A DNA stretch of 64,000 nucleotides from Entomortierella parvispora E1425 (lineage: Eukaryota > Fungi > Mortierellomycota), in NCBI GenBank assembly GCA_020891255.1, contig BQFW01000005.1, positions 124,001 to 188,000 of the forward strand, read 5' to 3'. The notes beneath the pieces were generated by a model. The model worked only from the letters and a program-made list of their open reading frames with translations, searched no databases and was not told where the DNA came from. Each line of letters opens with the position of its first letter. Within the stretch, counting starts at the first letter, position 1. The translations under genes and the position numbers were made by a program. Positions 25,099-36,697 of this stretch are shown piece after piece.

Positions 25099-27298
25099 AT
25101 GGTCGCCACTGTAAATGACAAACCTTCGCCTCTTTTCTCATTTTTATTCATTTGAAATTGCATGACAATGCGGCAACAATTCAAAGACATGCGTTCCTTT
25201 CAAAACTCCTTCCTGACTGCTCTGTTCTTGCTTTTTGTAGCACAAAGAAGCCACCAAGGGCAAGAAGCTTGGATGGGAGATCCTCAAGTTGCAGGCCCAG
25301 GTCGGAGAGACCGATTCACGGAAAGCCAAGAAGGCTGTCGAGGCCGAGAACAAGAAGAAGGGCATCCCCACCCCAAAACCAAAGTCCAACAAGCGCCACC
25401 AAAAGAAAAAGAAGGGACAACAGGACGACTCGAGCGATGATGAGCACGAGGACGATAGTGATAATGAGGATCAGGAGGAAGAGGAGGACGAGGAATTGAA
25501 AGAAGAGCTGTCGCAGGCTGCCAAGGAAGCCGCCGAAAAGTTGTGGAAGCTCAAGGAGATCAAGATTAGTCAAAAGATTGTATGTCTTCTTTTTATGGAT
25601 GCCGAGGAAACAACTATAGGACGCATCTCGATGGTTTGACCAACTCACTCAGCTTGTTTATTACCTTGGGAAAATCCTTTCTGTTTCTGATAGTACCATG
25701 CCAAGAAGGAGATTAAGAAGGCTTTCGTGAAGGCAAAGAGCTTTGAGAACCAGAGACTTTCAAAACGACTTCGGGAAGCAAAGAAGGCAGTAGAGTATGT
25801 TGAATCCGCCGAGGACTGGTTTGCGCCATTTCTTTGACTTTCTCTGCAAACCCTCTGTCAGAACAAAAAGAATAGGTCCGAGGTGCTAATCCTTACCGAC
25901 TTTACAAATATCTTTAGAACCAAGGACGAGACCAAGGAGGAAACCAAGGAGGAAGATAAGCCAGCACACAAGCGGAAACAGGACCTCACACCAGAGGATG
26001 TTGCCAAGTTTGAAAACGAGCTTGACTTGTTGAAGGTAAATTAGGAGTCACCTTGGTCTGTCGATATGTAGCAAGGAACACAATCGCTAACAACAAAATC
26101 GACGACTCATAGAAAATGGATATGGACGCGTTGTCAGAACATGCATTCGCCACAAAGTTGGCCAAGCACCCTATTCTTGGATCACATGGTCTCATGGCCC
26201 CCTATGTCCAGGCCAAGAACAAGAAGGACAAGGATGCCAAGGAGGAAGCCACCACTGAATCAACAACAACGCCCAAGGACGCCCTGATTTTGATTATTGA
26301 GAACCGACTGACAAACGCCAAGACGGTTAAGGAGCACATGGCCAAACTCTGGGATGAACTCGAGCACATTGTCACAGGCAAGAAGGTCGATCACCAGGAA
26401 TTGAGCAAAAAGCGACAGGCCAGGAACGAGAGTCCTTCAGAGGAAGGCGCAGCAGAGCAGCAACAACACAAAAAGGCCAAGACTGCCAAGGATACCAAGA
26501 ACGAGAAGGCTGCCATGGACGATGAGAGTGATAATGAAGATATTGGAAGTGATGTGGAGATGGCCTCCTTCAGCGGCAGTGACGATGAAGAAAACGATGG
26601 ATACGACTCGGATGGTATGCCTCTTCCCATGAACGCGGGCCCAGCCTCGGCAGCCTCGTCCATGTTCATCGGCTCATTGAACGCTGGAAACGGCAAGAAG
26701 GACAAGAGGGACAAGAAGGGAAAGAAGGACAAGAACGACTGGGTCGACGACAAGTTTGACGAGATTTACGGAAAGGTCAAGAAGAACCGCCCTGGTCAAC
26801 GTGCTAGAAGAGAGTAAGTTGAAGTTGGCGTTTTAGACTGCCTAGAAAACTGCTTTTTTTTTTTTTTTTTGGTGTGTGCGGCCCATGACTCCACTTGCGA
26901 ACTATGTCTCACCTTATTTTTCCCCTCGTTTTCACAGAAAAGCCGAACGAAAGTTTGGAAAGGAAGCAAACCATGTCAAGAAGGCTTTGGAGGAAGCCAG
27001 GATCCGGGAGGAGAAGAAGGCGGCCCGAAAAGCCAAACAAGAAAAGTTCAAGGCCAAGGATGCTTCGTCGGCCAACTCGCAGAGGCTGCCTAATAGACGT
27101 ACCATTGGTGCTGGAGATGGCTCGGCCAGTGTGCACCAACCTGCACCGCCCAAAGCCAAGAAGACCCCTGCAGGACCAGACCTCAACGATCCCACGCTGC
27201 ATCCTTCTTGGATTGCCAAGCAGAGTGAAAAGGCGGCTATGGCTGCTGCGCTCTCTGGTGCCAAGAGCAACAAGATTGTGTTTGACGACAGCGACTAA
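25099..27298 (+). CDS. BUD22: Bud22/SRFBP1-family nucleolar protein, multi-exon
   Basis: MVAT|HKEATKGKKLGWEILKLQ..., KKNRPGQRARRE|KAERKFGKEANHV and LHPSWIAKQ...KSNKIVFDDSD*. Confidence 0.88.
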
Positions 27299-27465
27299 AT
27301 ACAATAAATCTTGACTGTTTTATTTTTTACTCTGATTATTTTGAGCAAGTGAAATGAGGCTTCAACTCGCGAGCAGAAATGGCCAGGGAAAGGGGAGACC
27401 AAAGGGTCGGGAAGGGCGTACTTTAAAAAAACAGAAGGGGCACAGTCACCAAAGCAGTCTCACGG

Positions 27466-27473
27466 TACATAAA
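27466..27473 (+). promoter_or_regulatory. TATA-like element about 33-40 bp upstream of the U6atac-like RNA
   Basis: TACATAAA at roughly the position expected for a Pol III U6-type TATA box. Single weak match. Confidence 0.3.
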
Positions 27474-27505
27474 TGGGAATCAAACTTCGTTTTTTTGTGC
27501 TCCTT

Positions 27506-27695
27506 GTGTCGACACGAGTTGAGAGCTAGTTAGCAATCCTCCGGGTAGGAATGGACGTTTCTTTATTCGACCTTTCGGGGTTGTGTTTAGAAAAGACTAC
27601 CAGACACCATCTCTGCTGCCCCTGCAAAGGGGTAGTAGACCGTGTTAAGGCAACCGTCTTTGAGTACGCTAGCAATAGCGACCTGGACATCTTTT
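27506..27695 (+). ncRNA. U6atac: U6atac-like snRNA (minor spliceosome catalytic RNA), about 190 nt, divergent
   Basis: 5' GTGT start; GAGAG (27521-25), 6 nt, AGC triad (27532-34); ISL TCC-TCC-GGGTA-GGA-AT-GGA with the same geometry as human TCC-CCT-TGACA-AGG-AT-GGA; UUCG hairpin; GACAC complementary to the 5' end; conserved GTTAAGGC; 3' stem ending in TTTT. G.U pairs fix the + strand. Confidence 0.85.
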
Positions 27696-27711
27696 CACAA
27701 AATTATTTTTT
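27692..27711 (+). terminator. Pol III oligo-T terminator(s) of the U6atac-like gene
   Basis: T4 at 27692-27695 directly after the 3' stem and T6 at 27706-27711. No T-run of 4 or more inside the RNA body. Confidence 0.6.
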
Positions 27712-27919
27712 ATATTTTCCACCAACTAAAAACTAAAACTCTCGACTATAATAAATTATTACTCCCATAATTTACCGGGCAGTATTTTTTTTTTTTGAAG
27801 GCCTTTTTTGTGCAGCATGCATGCAGCGCAAGTTCCCTCCTCTTCCTCACTCGCTTTCTCTCATCTTTCTTTGTCCGAGTTGGTCCCTCCTTTCCCCCTC
27901 CAACAAAGGCGTGCATCCC

Positions 27920-30900
27920 ATGGAAGACTACCAGGTAAACAAGGACGATCAGGAGCCCCCTTCTTCAGGATGGATTCGAGAATGATCCCATGCCTTTCTG
28001 CCTCCATTTGCCACCATTCATTTTCATTCATTCTGGGACATCAGCCATACCAAGGAAAAGTCGCATCACATTGAGAATTAATGGCAAAGGAAGTCCAGAC
28101 AGACGGCTTCTCACTGCACACACCCATCGGGACAATACCGACAAAAGAACGAATGGAAGAATGCATCCGCCGCACTCACCACCAACGTGATGAGGACGAG
28201 GAGACAGGAAGGCTCAATTGTGCACACAAAAAAAAGGGAAGGATAAACCCCCTTCTCCCTCCTTGCCTTCGCCATCAACAAAAACACCCCGCACCTCCCC
28301 TCCCGTCTTGGGCATGGACCACGCTCAGCACACCTTGTTCCCCCCTTTCATCAGGACTCGATGTGGCCTTTGGTTCATTGATTCTTCCTGTGGCAGCTCC
28401 TACCTTTCCTCTCGTTTTCCACCTCTTTTATTTTTCTGGAAAGGTCTCTCCTTTTATTCATCTTTTTTTTTTTGGAATCCATTTGAACAAAAAACCTAGA
28501 CGATCGTGGGGCGCATCATTCCGTCCCTTCTTGTCACTCAGCTCAAGACTCTCATCAAGAACCTGAACGAGACGATCCGACCTGCACCTCAACTAAAAAT
28601 CGGCGGCAATAAGCAGGACTTGATTGATCGGCTGACGACGTTTATTTCTCAGTATAATCTCATTGGCGATCAAGTGGTCATTCGACAGATTCGGCATTGC
28701 ATTGCGGAATTCAACCAAGGGTAAGAAAAGTCGCCTCCCATCCAGAAAGGAGCGCAAAAAAAAAATAACAAGGACAAGGAAGACTTTTGCATACCATACA
28801 TTTGAGGATAAGATTTGGACAGCACGAGACCCGACAGAGGATAGCGAGAAGTGACAAAGGAACATGCTCACTTAAAGGACAAAGGACAAGGGAATAAGGA
28901 CGCGACGCGACCCTGGGAGCCCTGGCTGCATGCATGACGAGGCACAAACATGCGCAGAAGAAGACGCGTCCTTCATTCTTGAAGGTCATGCCTCCTTGAA
29001 CGAGCCCCTAACGCGTGTTTTTTTTCCTCTTTCTTTTTGATCATATAGGCAAACGTCAACCATATTAACATCAGCTCTCGCATCATCACAACAGCCCTTT
29101 GACGGATACAGGACTGGCGCAGGATCCAACATGTTGACTTCAAAGCCAGGACATGGATCGGGGTCAGGGCAACAACATGGTGTGCACCGGTCTCATCAGG
29201 CTCACCAGACGCAGCAGCAGGTACACTTGGCGGCCCAGTCGAATTTGATCCGAGCATCGAACCCGAACCTCGTCTTTAAATCAAGTCCATTTTACAAGGA
29301 TGTTCAAACTCTGACCCCACCACGGCTATGTGCTGGTAAGATCTAGTTTCATGGCTTCTGAAAGATCTTTAAAGAGCACCAGGGGCAATTAATCTGACCT
29401 TTTTTTTTCTTTGAACGTTGGATTGGAACGGATTTTAGAGGCAAAGGATCGGACACTATCAACATCCTTGGCATTTACAATTCCACCGCTTCTCGCATCT
29501 CATCTTCAAAGGTACGATTGCCAGGACCGGCTTTCTCAACATGGATGATTCTTGGCCACAACTAACCATCTTTTGGCTTTTAGTGACCCAAACTTTCAAC
29601 TCATGGTGTTTTGTGGATGGGCTGATGGCGCTATTAATACACCTGCGTTGATGGAGTTTCCCCATGTGTGCGAAATCAAAGTGAATGGACGTGTTTTGGA
29701 GGCGGTAGGCATAGCATTGGCGCTCATCATGGCACTGGAGTTTCATGGAAAAAGGATGACTCATATGACTCACACACCTCTCGGTCTTTTCACTTTAGAA
29801 CCTTCGTGGAATGAAAAACAAGCCAGGAACGGTATCACCGGCCAACATTACAAAGTATTGCAAGCTGACTGCTGGAGAATTTAACAAAGTCGAGTTTATT
29901 TATGCCAACTCCACAAAGGTGAGGAACTTATTCAATGGACATGGGAACGAGAAAACTTAAGCTGGAAACGAGACGATTCTAATATGTGATTGTTGCTTGT
30001 TCGTCTTCTAGCGGTATTATGTTTCGACGCATCTTGTGAAAAAGACACCTGTGGAGGCGATTGTAGCAGAAATTGAGCGTGGAAAGTTTCTGAGCAAGGA
30101 AACGATGCTAAAGATGAGTACGTGATACGCTGATACCAAATCCTAGAGTTTACCTATGGCCCACTACTCAATTCTAACGCGACGTTCTATATGGTCCTCT
30201 AGTTGAAGATCGAAACAAGGACGACGACATTATGGCAACATCCAGTACTTTGTCGCTTAAATGCCCTGTATGTTCTTCAGAGACGGTGTACACTTTGATG
30301 GTTAACGATTGAGCGGAAGGCAGATACTAAACACTCTTTGCTTGTCTCCTATAGCTTGGATTCCAGAGAATTACCCTTCCTTGCCGATCGTCATACTGTC
30401 AACATCTTCAATGCTTCGATGCATTCACCTATTTCAACCTCAACGAACAAACACCAACCTGGACTTGCCCAGTATGCAATCGGATAATGCATTCTTGGGA
30501 GGAAATCGTCGTGGATGGGTATGTTGCTACTGAATTCGCGGTGAACTGACTTCATTGTCCTCCTTAATAACACTTTTTTTTATCTCTTTGAACTCTACAG
30601 CTACTTTAAAGATATCCTTAATTCAACTCCCAAGAGCCTAGAGAGTGTAACTGTGCGAGCAGATGGACAATGGGAGATTCCATCGACAGAAACTGCAGAG
30701 GTAGCCGTCAAACCGTCGTTACAAAAGAAAGCCTCGGAATCATCTAGCAGTGATGTCTTTGTACTCGACGATGACTCTGATGATGAGGCGGCACCCCAAG
30801 CCAAGAGTGCCCCTGCAGCAGCGCCTCCTGCTCCACCGAAACCATCCAAACCCGTAATTGAGGTGATCGATCTGATCTCGGATAGCGAAGATGAAGTGGA

Positions 30901-32662
30901 GGAAACTCGGCCGGGCTCTATTGATGCGGATGGAGACACTAGCATGCAGGACGCAGCAAACTCTTTGCAAAATATGGCACATTCTGGATTGACAACACCC
31001 CAGTCCGTCAAAACGGAATTTGTGGACAAGACGACATCGAGTGGGGCTGAAACGCCGTTTGCACCGACTCCTGCAGGAGTTCAAAGCTTGATTGGATCTA
31101 CCAATGCCTCGCCAGCTGCGTCTTCGGACGACTCTCCGGTTATCTCGAATCGCATGGTACAGACAGAACCCGGTTTGCCTGCGTCGGTTGCTCCAGCTAC
31201 TTCGACCACCCCCGTTGCCTGGGATTCTACACAAGAGTCCTTCCTGAATGACCTACTGAACCCGAGGCGGAAACGGCAATATGAAGGTATATCTTTGACC
31301 TAGCTTCATTTCCTGATTTATTGGCTCATCTAGACTCCCATGTACTAACTTGTTTGTCTATGAAACATCCGAAAACTGCTAGCGGTCGATGATGACAACC
31401 GGGACAACATTCAGGATGCTAGACAGAGGATTTCTAGACTGGATCTGCGATCTAATACAAGTTCAGAGCGCGGACAATCCTCACTACCATCTCCTGAGAA
31501 CGCCAGGACATCGACCTCATCGCCGACCAATGCCGATCAACAAGGGGACCAGGAAGGCTCCACATCAAGGAGAGAGCGTGATCCTCATCACCCTGTCTAC
31601 TATGAAACAGTGGCGACAGGAGCGACCACTGCCCCATTTGCGGAGCAACTCGCGACCAGTCGTGCCCCAAGTCTTCCACTGGCAGGATCAAGACACACCA
31701 CACCTCGCGGCGTCACCATGTCTCCACCACATCCTCACAGCTATGGCAATGGCTCGCCTCATCATGGAGTACACCATATCCAGCATCGATCAACGGCTTC
31801 TCCCAATCCCCATTCGAACCCAGAGTATCAGGACTATTATGTGAATCGCTCCCGGCCGGGATCCTCGTCCTCAGGGCACGCGTCAATGCCCGTTCCTCAG
31901 CGGTCCAACTCCATTGGATCTCGGCCGTCCAGTGCTTCAGGGTCTTGGTCAGCCCCAGAACCTCGTTTGAACGGGAGCGGAGAACGATGGACAAGCTCAC
32001 GACCTCCTTCAGGGATACATGGGAACAATGGCGGAAGTGGCAACGCTCAATTGAACCACGGAAGCAGTCCACAGCGGCCCAACCATTCGGATGAATATGG
32101 ATCGAGCAGTAGTGCAGGTGGCAGCAGCCAGGCATATTACTCTTCACGATCCCGTTCTCCTGGATCCTGTGCTGATCGTGGCGACCGTCACAACTATGAC
32201 TATGGCTATGGTGACCGCCGCAGCGTCAGCAGTGGAGGTGGCCACTCTATAGAGGATTACCGAAACCGATCCGCGGAGGAGTACGGGAAATATGATCGAC
32301 GGGACGGACATGGTGAGGGATACCGTGGAGTCCCAACGTCGGTAGGGGGAGGGGGAGGAATTCCTTCCTCTCATCATCATCATCACCATCACCACCATCA
32401 ACCACCGCAGCAACACCCAGCTGGTTTCAGTGCCAGCAGTGGAGGACCGTTGCCTGGACAGCATCAGGACCGGGTGTATCATTCACGGTCACTGTCTTCC
32501 AGCTCAGGGGTAGTCGATGGCCATTCGCCCAATGTATATAATCCAGCCTTGTCTCCGGGCGGTGCTGGCTCTCGGGGCGACAGTGGTGGCAGCAGCGGTC
32601 GGGAAGAGGACGCTCCCATTTTTAACCAGGGACTTCGAGGAGCTGGTGCGCGTGCCCGATAG
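27920..32662 (+). CDS. SIZ1: SIZ/PIAS-type SUMO E3 ligase (SAP, PINIT, SP-RING), multi-exon
   Basis: 15-nt exon 1 MEDYQ (donor GTAAAC at 27935) joined to TIVGRIIPSLLVTQLK (28500). PINIT-region FKSSPFY and NLRGMKNKPGTVSPANIT. SP-RING LSLKCP|LGFQRITLPCRSSYCQHLQCFD...WTCPVC. Confidence 0.92.
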
Positions 32663-33115
32663 ACTCTGGGAACTCAAGTACCCCATGCTGAATATCAAAT
32701 CACAAAAGAAGAAGAAAAACCCGTGCAAATCTCTGAACAACCACAGCATTCACTCCAAGACAGAAATGAAAAATAAAGGGAGCTCTTTGCAACAAATACT
32801 TGACCTAGATGACAGAAAGAAAGAAATGTTCGATTATTCCGCCAGGATGGCCAAGGGGAGTGATGGGATGGTCAGACTCGGAGGATTGTCGACTATTTCT
32901 GTCAAGAACAGTGATGTCTTCGGGGATCACCGCACCTGCTGCTTCTGTGATAGATCCAGGTCGAGATGCTTTCAGTGCAGTAGGAGTTTTGGTCCGTCAA
33001 GACTTGAAAAGACCTCAGAACATGGACCATTATCCCAGTGTTTGCCCCTCTTCGGTCTATCTTTTTATTTTTTCTAAACATACATCCCCATACTCTCGCT
33101 CTACAACAGACTACC

Positions 33116-34652
33116 ATGCTTTTGACTCGAACTAGGTCCATGGCCTTCGGGTCCTGCCTCTTCCAGTTGTTTTCCACTCTTTCCAACCTCTCTTTTCTCT
33201 GGAATGGCGGCCTTATGACCGTTTCGGCCCTCCAGTCTAACGTCAACATGGGTCTTGTTTTGCAAGGTGGACCTGACGGCACCAAAGACGGGACGGAAAA
33301 CGCACTTGCTCTCCAGGGCGCCAAGGATGCGTGCGTGTGGAATCTACCGTCGAACCTCGGGTACCAATACACAACTTGTACATTGCACACCATGACTCCC
33401 TCCTCCGAAACCCTGGGTGCGTACTCGGGCTTGATCCCCACCAAGACCGGGGAGAATGATTTCATGATGGCGTTGGGTTACTTCCCGAGCAAGGCCATTC
33501 AAACGGCCGCGAACGAAAATGCAAACAAGCTGTTTGCGATTGCGGATTTCGAGTTCACACCGCCCGTGGCCAATATTGTGAGCGTCATGTACTCGGAGGA
33601 CCAGATCGGATACCTGGCTGGTTTGCTGGCGGGCGAGGTGGCCAAGACTCGCGGCGGATATGTTGCAGGTACACATCCTTTCTGACAAAAGCATGACATA
33701 TCTCGAGATGCCCGAGTCTAATGGATTGACGATTCTTTTGCTTTATGGTTGATCTCCTAGTCATTGGAGGCGTGGACCAGCCCAGTGTACGTCGTCAAGT
33801 GAATGGGTTTGGTAGCGGTGTCAAAGTCTCATGCTCGACCTGCAAGGCCTACGGCCTGTACTCGGGCACGTTTGATCAGGACGCAGCTGTGTCCACGACG
33901 GTGGGCACGCTTCTCGTGAACCACAAGGTCTCTGTGGTGTTTAACGCAGCCTCGATCTTTGGAACGATGACGCTCAAGAATCTGACGACTCAGGACGGGG
34001 TCTACGCTATCGGATCCGGGTCAGACGAATGGGTGACGAACTGGGCCTATGGGTCCGTGCCTGGATCGGAGCATGTTCTGACCTCGGTCGAGACGGATTA
34101 CGAGATCCTGGTCAAAAGTGTCTTTCAGTCGGTCCTTCGAGCCAACTTGACGGGGGGTTCGACCGTGTTTTATGGAGTCAATTCGGACCCGACGCTGAGT
34201 GCCATCAAGTTGGCGCCGGCCCATGAAGCCGGACGAGTGTTTACAAAGGATCTGCAGACCAAAATGCAGGGCTACATTGATGACATGACCAAAGGAAAAC
34301 TGACCACGGGTGTCGATCATAAGAGCGGAGACAGCCGCACCAGTGGATCATGTAAGTCTTTTTGTTGTTGTTTATTCGTTTGAAGCAGTTTTTTGTTTGA
34401 CACGATATTTTTTTATTTTTTTGTTTTTTGCTGTGCTATTCACCTATAGCCTCCACCAGCGTCGAGCTCTTGTCGCTGACAGATTCGAACGCCAACAAGG
34501 ACAAAAACAAGGATCAGGGCAGTCAAGGCAATCAAGAGTCGAGTCGCAAGAATGGATCGGCCAACTCGGCTCTCTCTCAAGGCTGGCCACTCTATATCTG
34601 GCTGTGGTCGGTCCTGCTGACGATTCAGATAGTGGCTGTTGTTCATCTGTGA
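33116..34652 (+). CDS. Bmp/PnrA-family (basic membrane protein) solute-binding-domain protein with signal peptide and probable GPI-anchor signal; 3 exons
   Basis: Bmp-type motifs MGLVLQGG, DFMMALGY...FAIAD, NIVSVMYSEDQIGYLAGLLAG, VIGGVDQPSVRRQVNGFGSGVK, YAIGSGSDE, VLTS. Introns 33669-33760 and 34352-34449. C-terminus ...GSANSALSQGWPLYIWLWSVLLTIQIVAVVHL*. Confidence 0.82.
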
Positions 34653-36394
34653 CCTTTTTTTTGACAAGTCCACCTCTCTCCCTCCCTCTCTCTCTCCCCC
34701 CACAGACACACACTAGCGCCAATGGTTTATTCACTATCATCTCGTAGGGGGGTGATTTTTCGTGAGAAAAGAATAAAAAAAGCAACCATGCTCGCTGAAT
34801 ATTCCTCTGCATGATGCTGCAATCAACATCACAAGGGGGGGAAAAGAGAAAAAGAGAAACAGAGAATACGTATGTGTGAATGAAATGGAGTTTTGGGTTG
34901 TCGGCACCATGTGGCCCCGATGATGGGTTAATATTAGAAATAGCCCCCCCTTGGATTAAGATTAAAACTGGAGGATTCATTCTCGGATCTCCTAGTGAGG
35001 GTCGAGCACACACCCCATTTGCGGTCTCTTTTGTTTGTTTGTTGGCAAAAAGAAGCAAGGAGAGAGAGAGAAAAAGGAAAAACTGAAAGGAGAGAAGAGT
35101 AGAAAGAGAGTATTCGGATAATTCATAAATTAGAATGACTGCCCTGGTACGGAGGGAGCAATTGAAGACCATTTTGAGAAGGAGGAGGCATCGTTTGTTG
35201 TTGAGACTGCAGATCAATAGAGAAAATAACGTGGCACCCAAGGGCAAAGAGGGGAAGGAAGGAAAGAAAGGTGAAGGCAAGGAAGGAAGGAAGGAAGGAA
35301 GGAAGGAGATGGAGCGAAAAGAGGAGAAAGAGAGCCCCAAACCGAACGATCGGATTTTGATCTTCCGATCTGTGCAACAAAATCAAAGAAAAAAAAAAAA
35401 GTAAAAAAGAGAATCTGATGGCAGGAAAGGGGGTCCAAGCTCTTGTCGGTCGGTCAGACGGGGGTTTGCTGCAGTTCCCGGTTGCAGGGAGTCAGGAGAG
35501 CAAGGTACGAACAGACTTGACACGGCATGAGAAGGAGGACAGAGAAAAGAGACGGGAGGAGGGGGGGCAAAACAGGGGGGGAGGAGGACAGTAGCTAAGC
35601 CCTTTGGGCTGGCCACCATGTGGGATGATGGCAGCAAGATGTGAAGCAAGGGTGGGGTCAAGAAGAGAAGTAAACGAAGGGAAGGGAAGAAAGACGAAGG
35701 AGGGATGCAGTCCCCATGTCCGTGGCCCCCCCTGCGTCAGTACAATGGGTCCAAAGGCCTGCTTGTTTGTCTGCAGCGCAGAGAATGGGGGATGGGACAA
35801 AAAGACTTGCCAAGGACCAGGACAACAAGATGGGCAACGAGCGGCATGGGCATGGGCGGGACATGACCCTATTCGAGTGTTTTGGGTTGTGTTTGTTGTA
35901 CTTTTCTTCCTTCCTTCCTTCCTTCCTTGCTTCCTTTCTTCTTTTCTTCTTGACCCCCCTTCCTTCCTTCCTTCCTTCTCGTCTTCCCATCCTCCCATCC
36001 CCCCCCCCTTCCTCTTCCTTCCCTCTTCTGTCTTTTTCTCTTTTCTTTTCTTCATCCTCCGTCAGTCACCCTGCTTCACCGTCTTTATTCTTCACGACGT
36101 CCTTGACTTCATCCTTCACTTCTCTTCCTGTCGTTTCTTGCTCTGTATCTGTCCTTCACCCCCGCCCCTTCTTCTCCCTCCCCTTCCCCTTACCCATCTT
36201 CTTTTCTCGCTCTCTCTTACTTCCTCTTTCTTCCTCTTTCTCTTCCTCTATCTCCTTTCTCTTCTCTCTTCCTCTCTTCTCCTCTGTCTGCGTCGCCGTC
36301 TCACGACTGACTGACTTGCACCACCTACTCACAGACCACCTTCACCACCCCCCCCCCCCCCCCATTCATTCGCTCGGAAGGAATACAAGCTGTC

Positions 36395-36666
36395 ATGGGT
36401 GCTACAGTCTCGCGCGACCATGCAAAGCTGCCATTCGGCTACACCCATGCACGAAAGGACCATGCCTGCAGCACTAGCACCACCGCTTCGGGCTCCCGTC
36501 GTCGCCTTGCCTCGAGGCTCCTCCGGACGTCAGACACCACGTCCGTGACCCCATTCCCCATCCAAGACGGATCGGCCTCGGTCGCCTCGATTCCAGAGAT
36601 GGTGTTGGTGCTGCCACCTTCAATACAACAACAACAACAACAGACAGGGGGTGCAGAAGCAGGACC

Positions 36667-36697
<31 letters not shown>

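Noticed and set aside
27506-27711. H/ACA snoRNA, RNase P/MRP or SRP reading of the structured RNA (AGAAAA hinge, ACA near the end)
   Set aside because: There is no two-hairpin pseudouridylation-pocket layout and no P4/CR motifs. The U6atac catalytic-core match explains the sequence far better.
34650-36394. ORFs of 150-300 aa in TC/GA-rich intergenic DNA (also 7343-8098, 13268-14182, 51512-52541, 57043-57782)
   Set aside because: They are low-complexity purine or pyrimidine tracts of promoters and UTRs that lack stops by composition; the translations are F/L/S/P or K/R/E/G runs.
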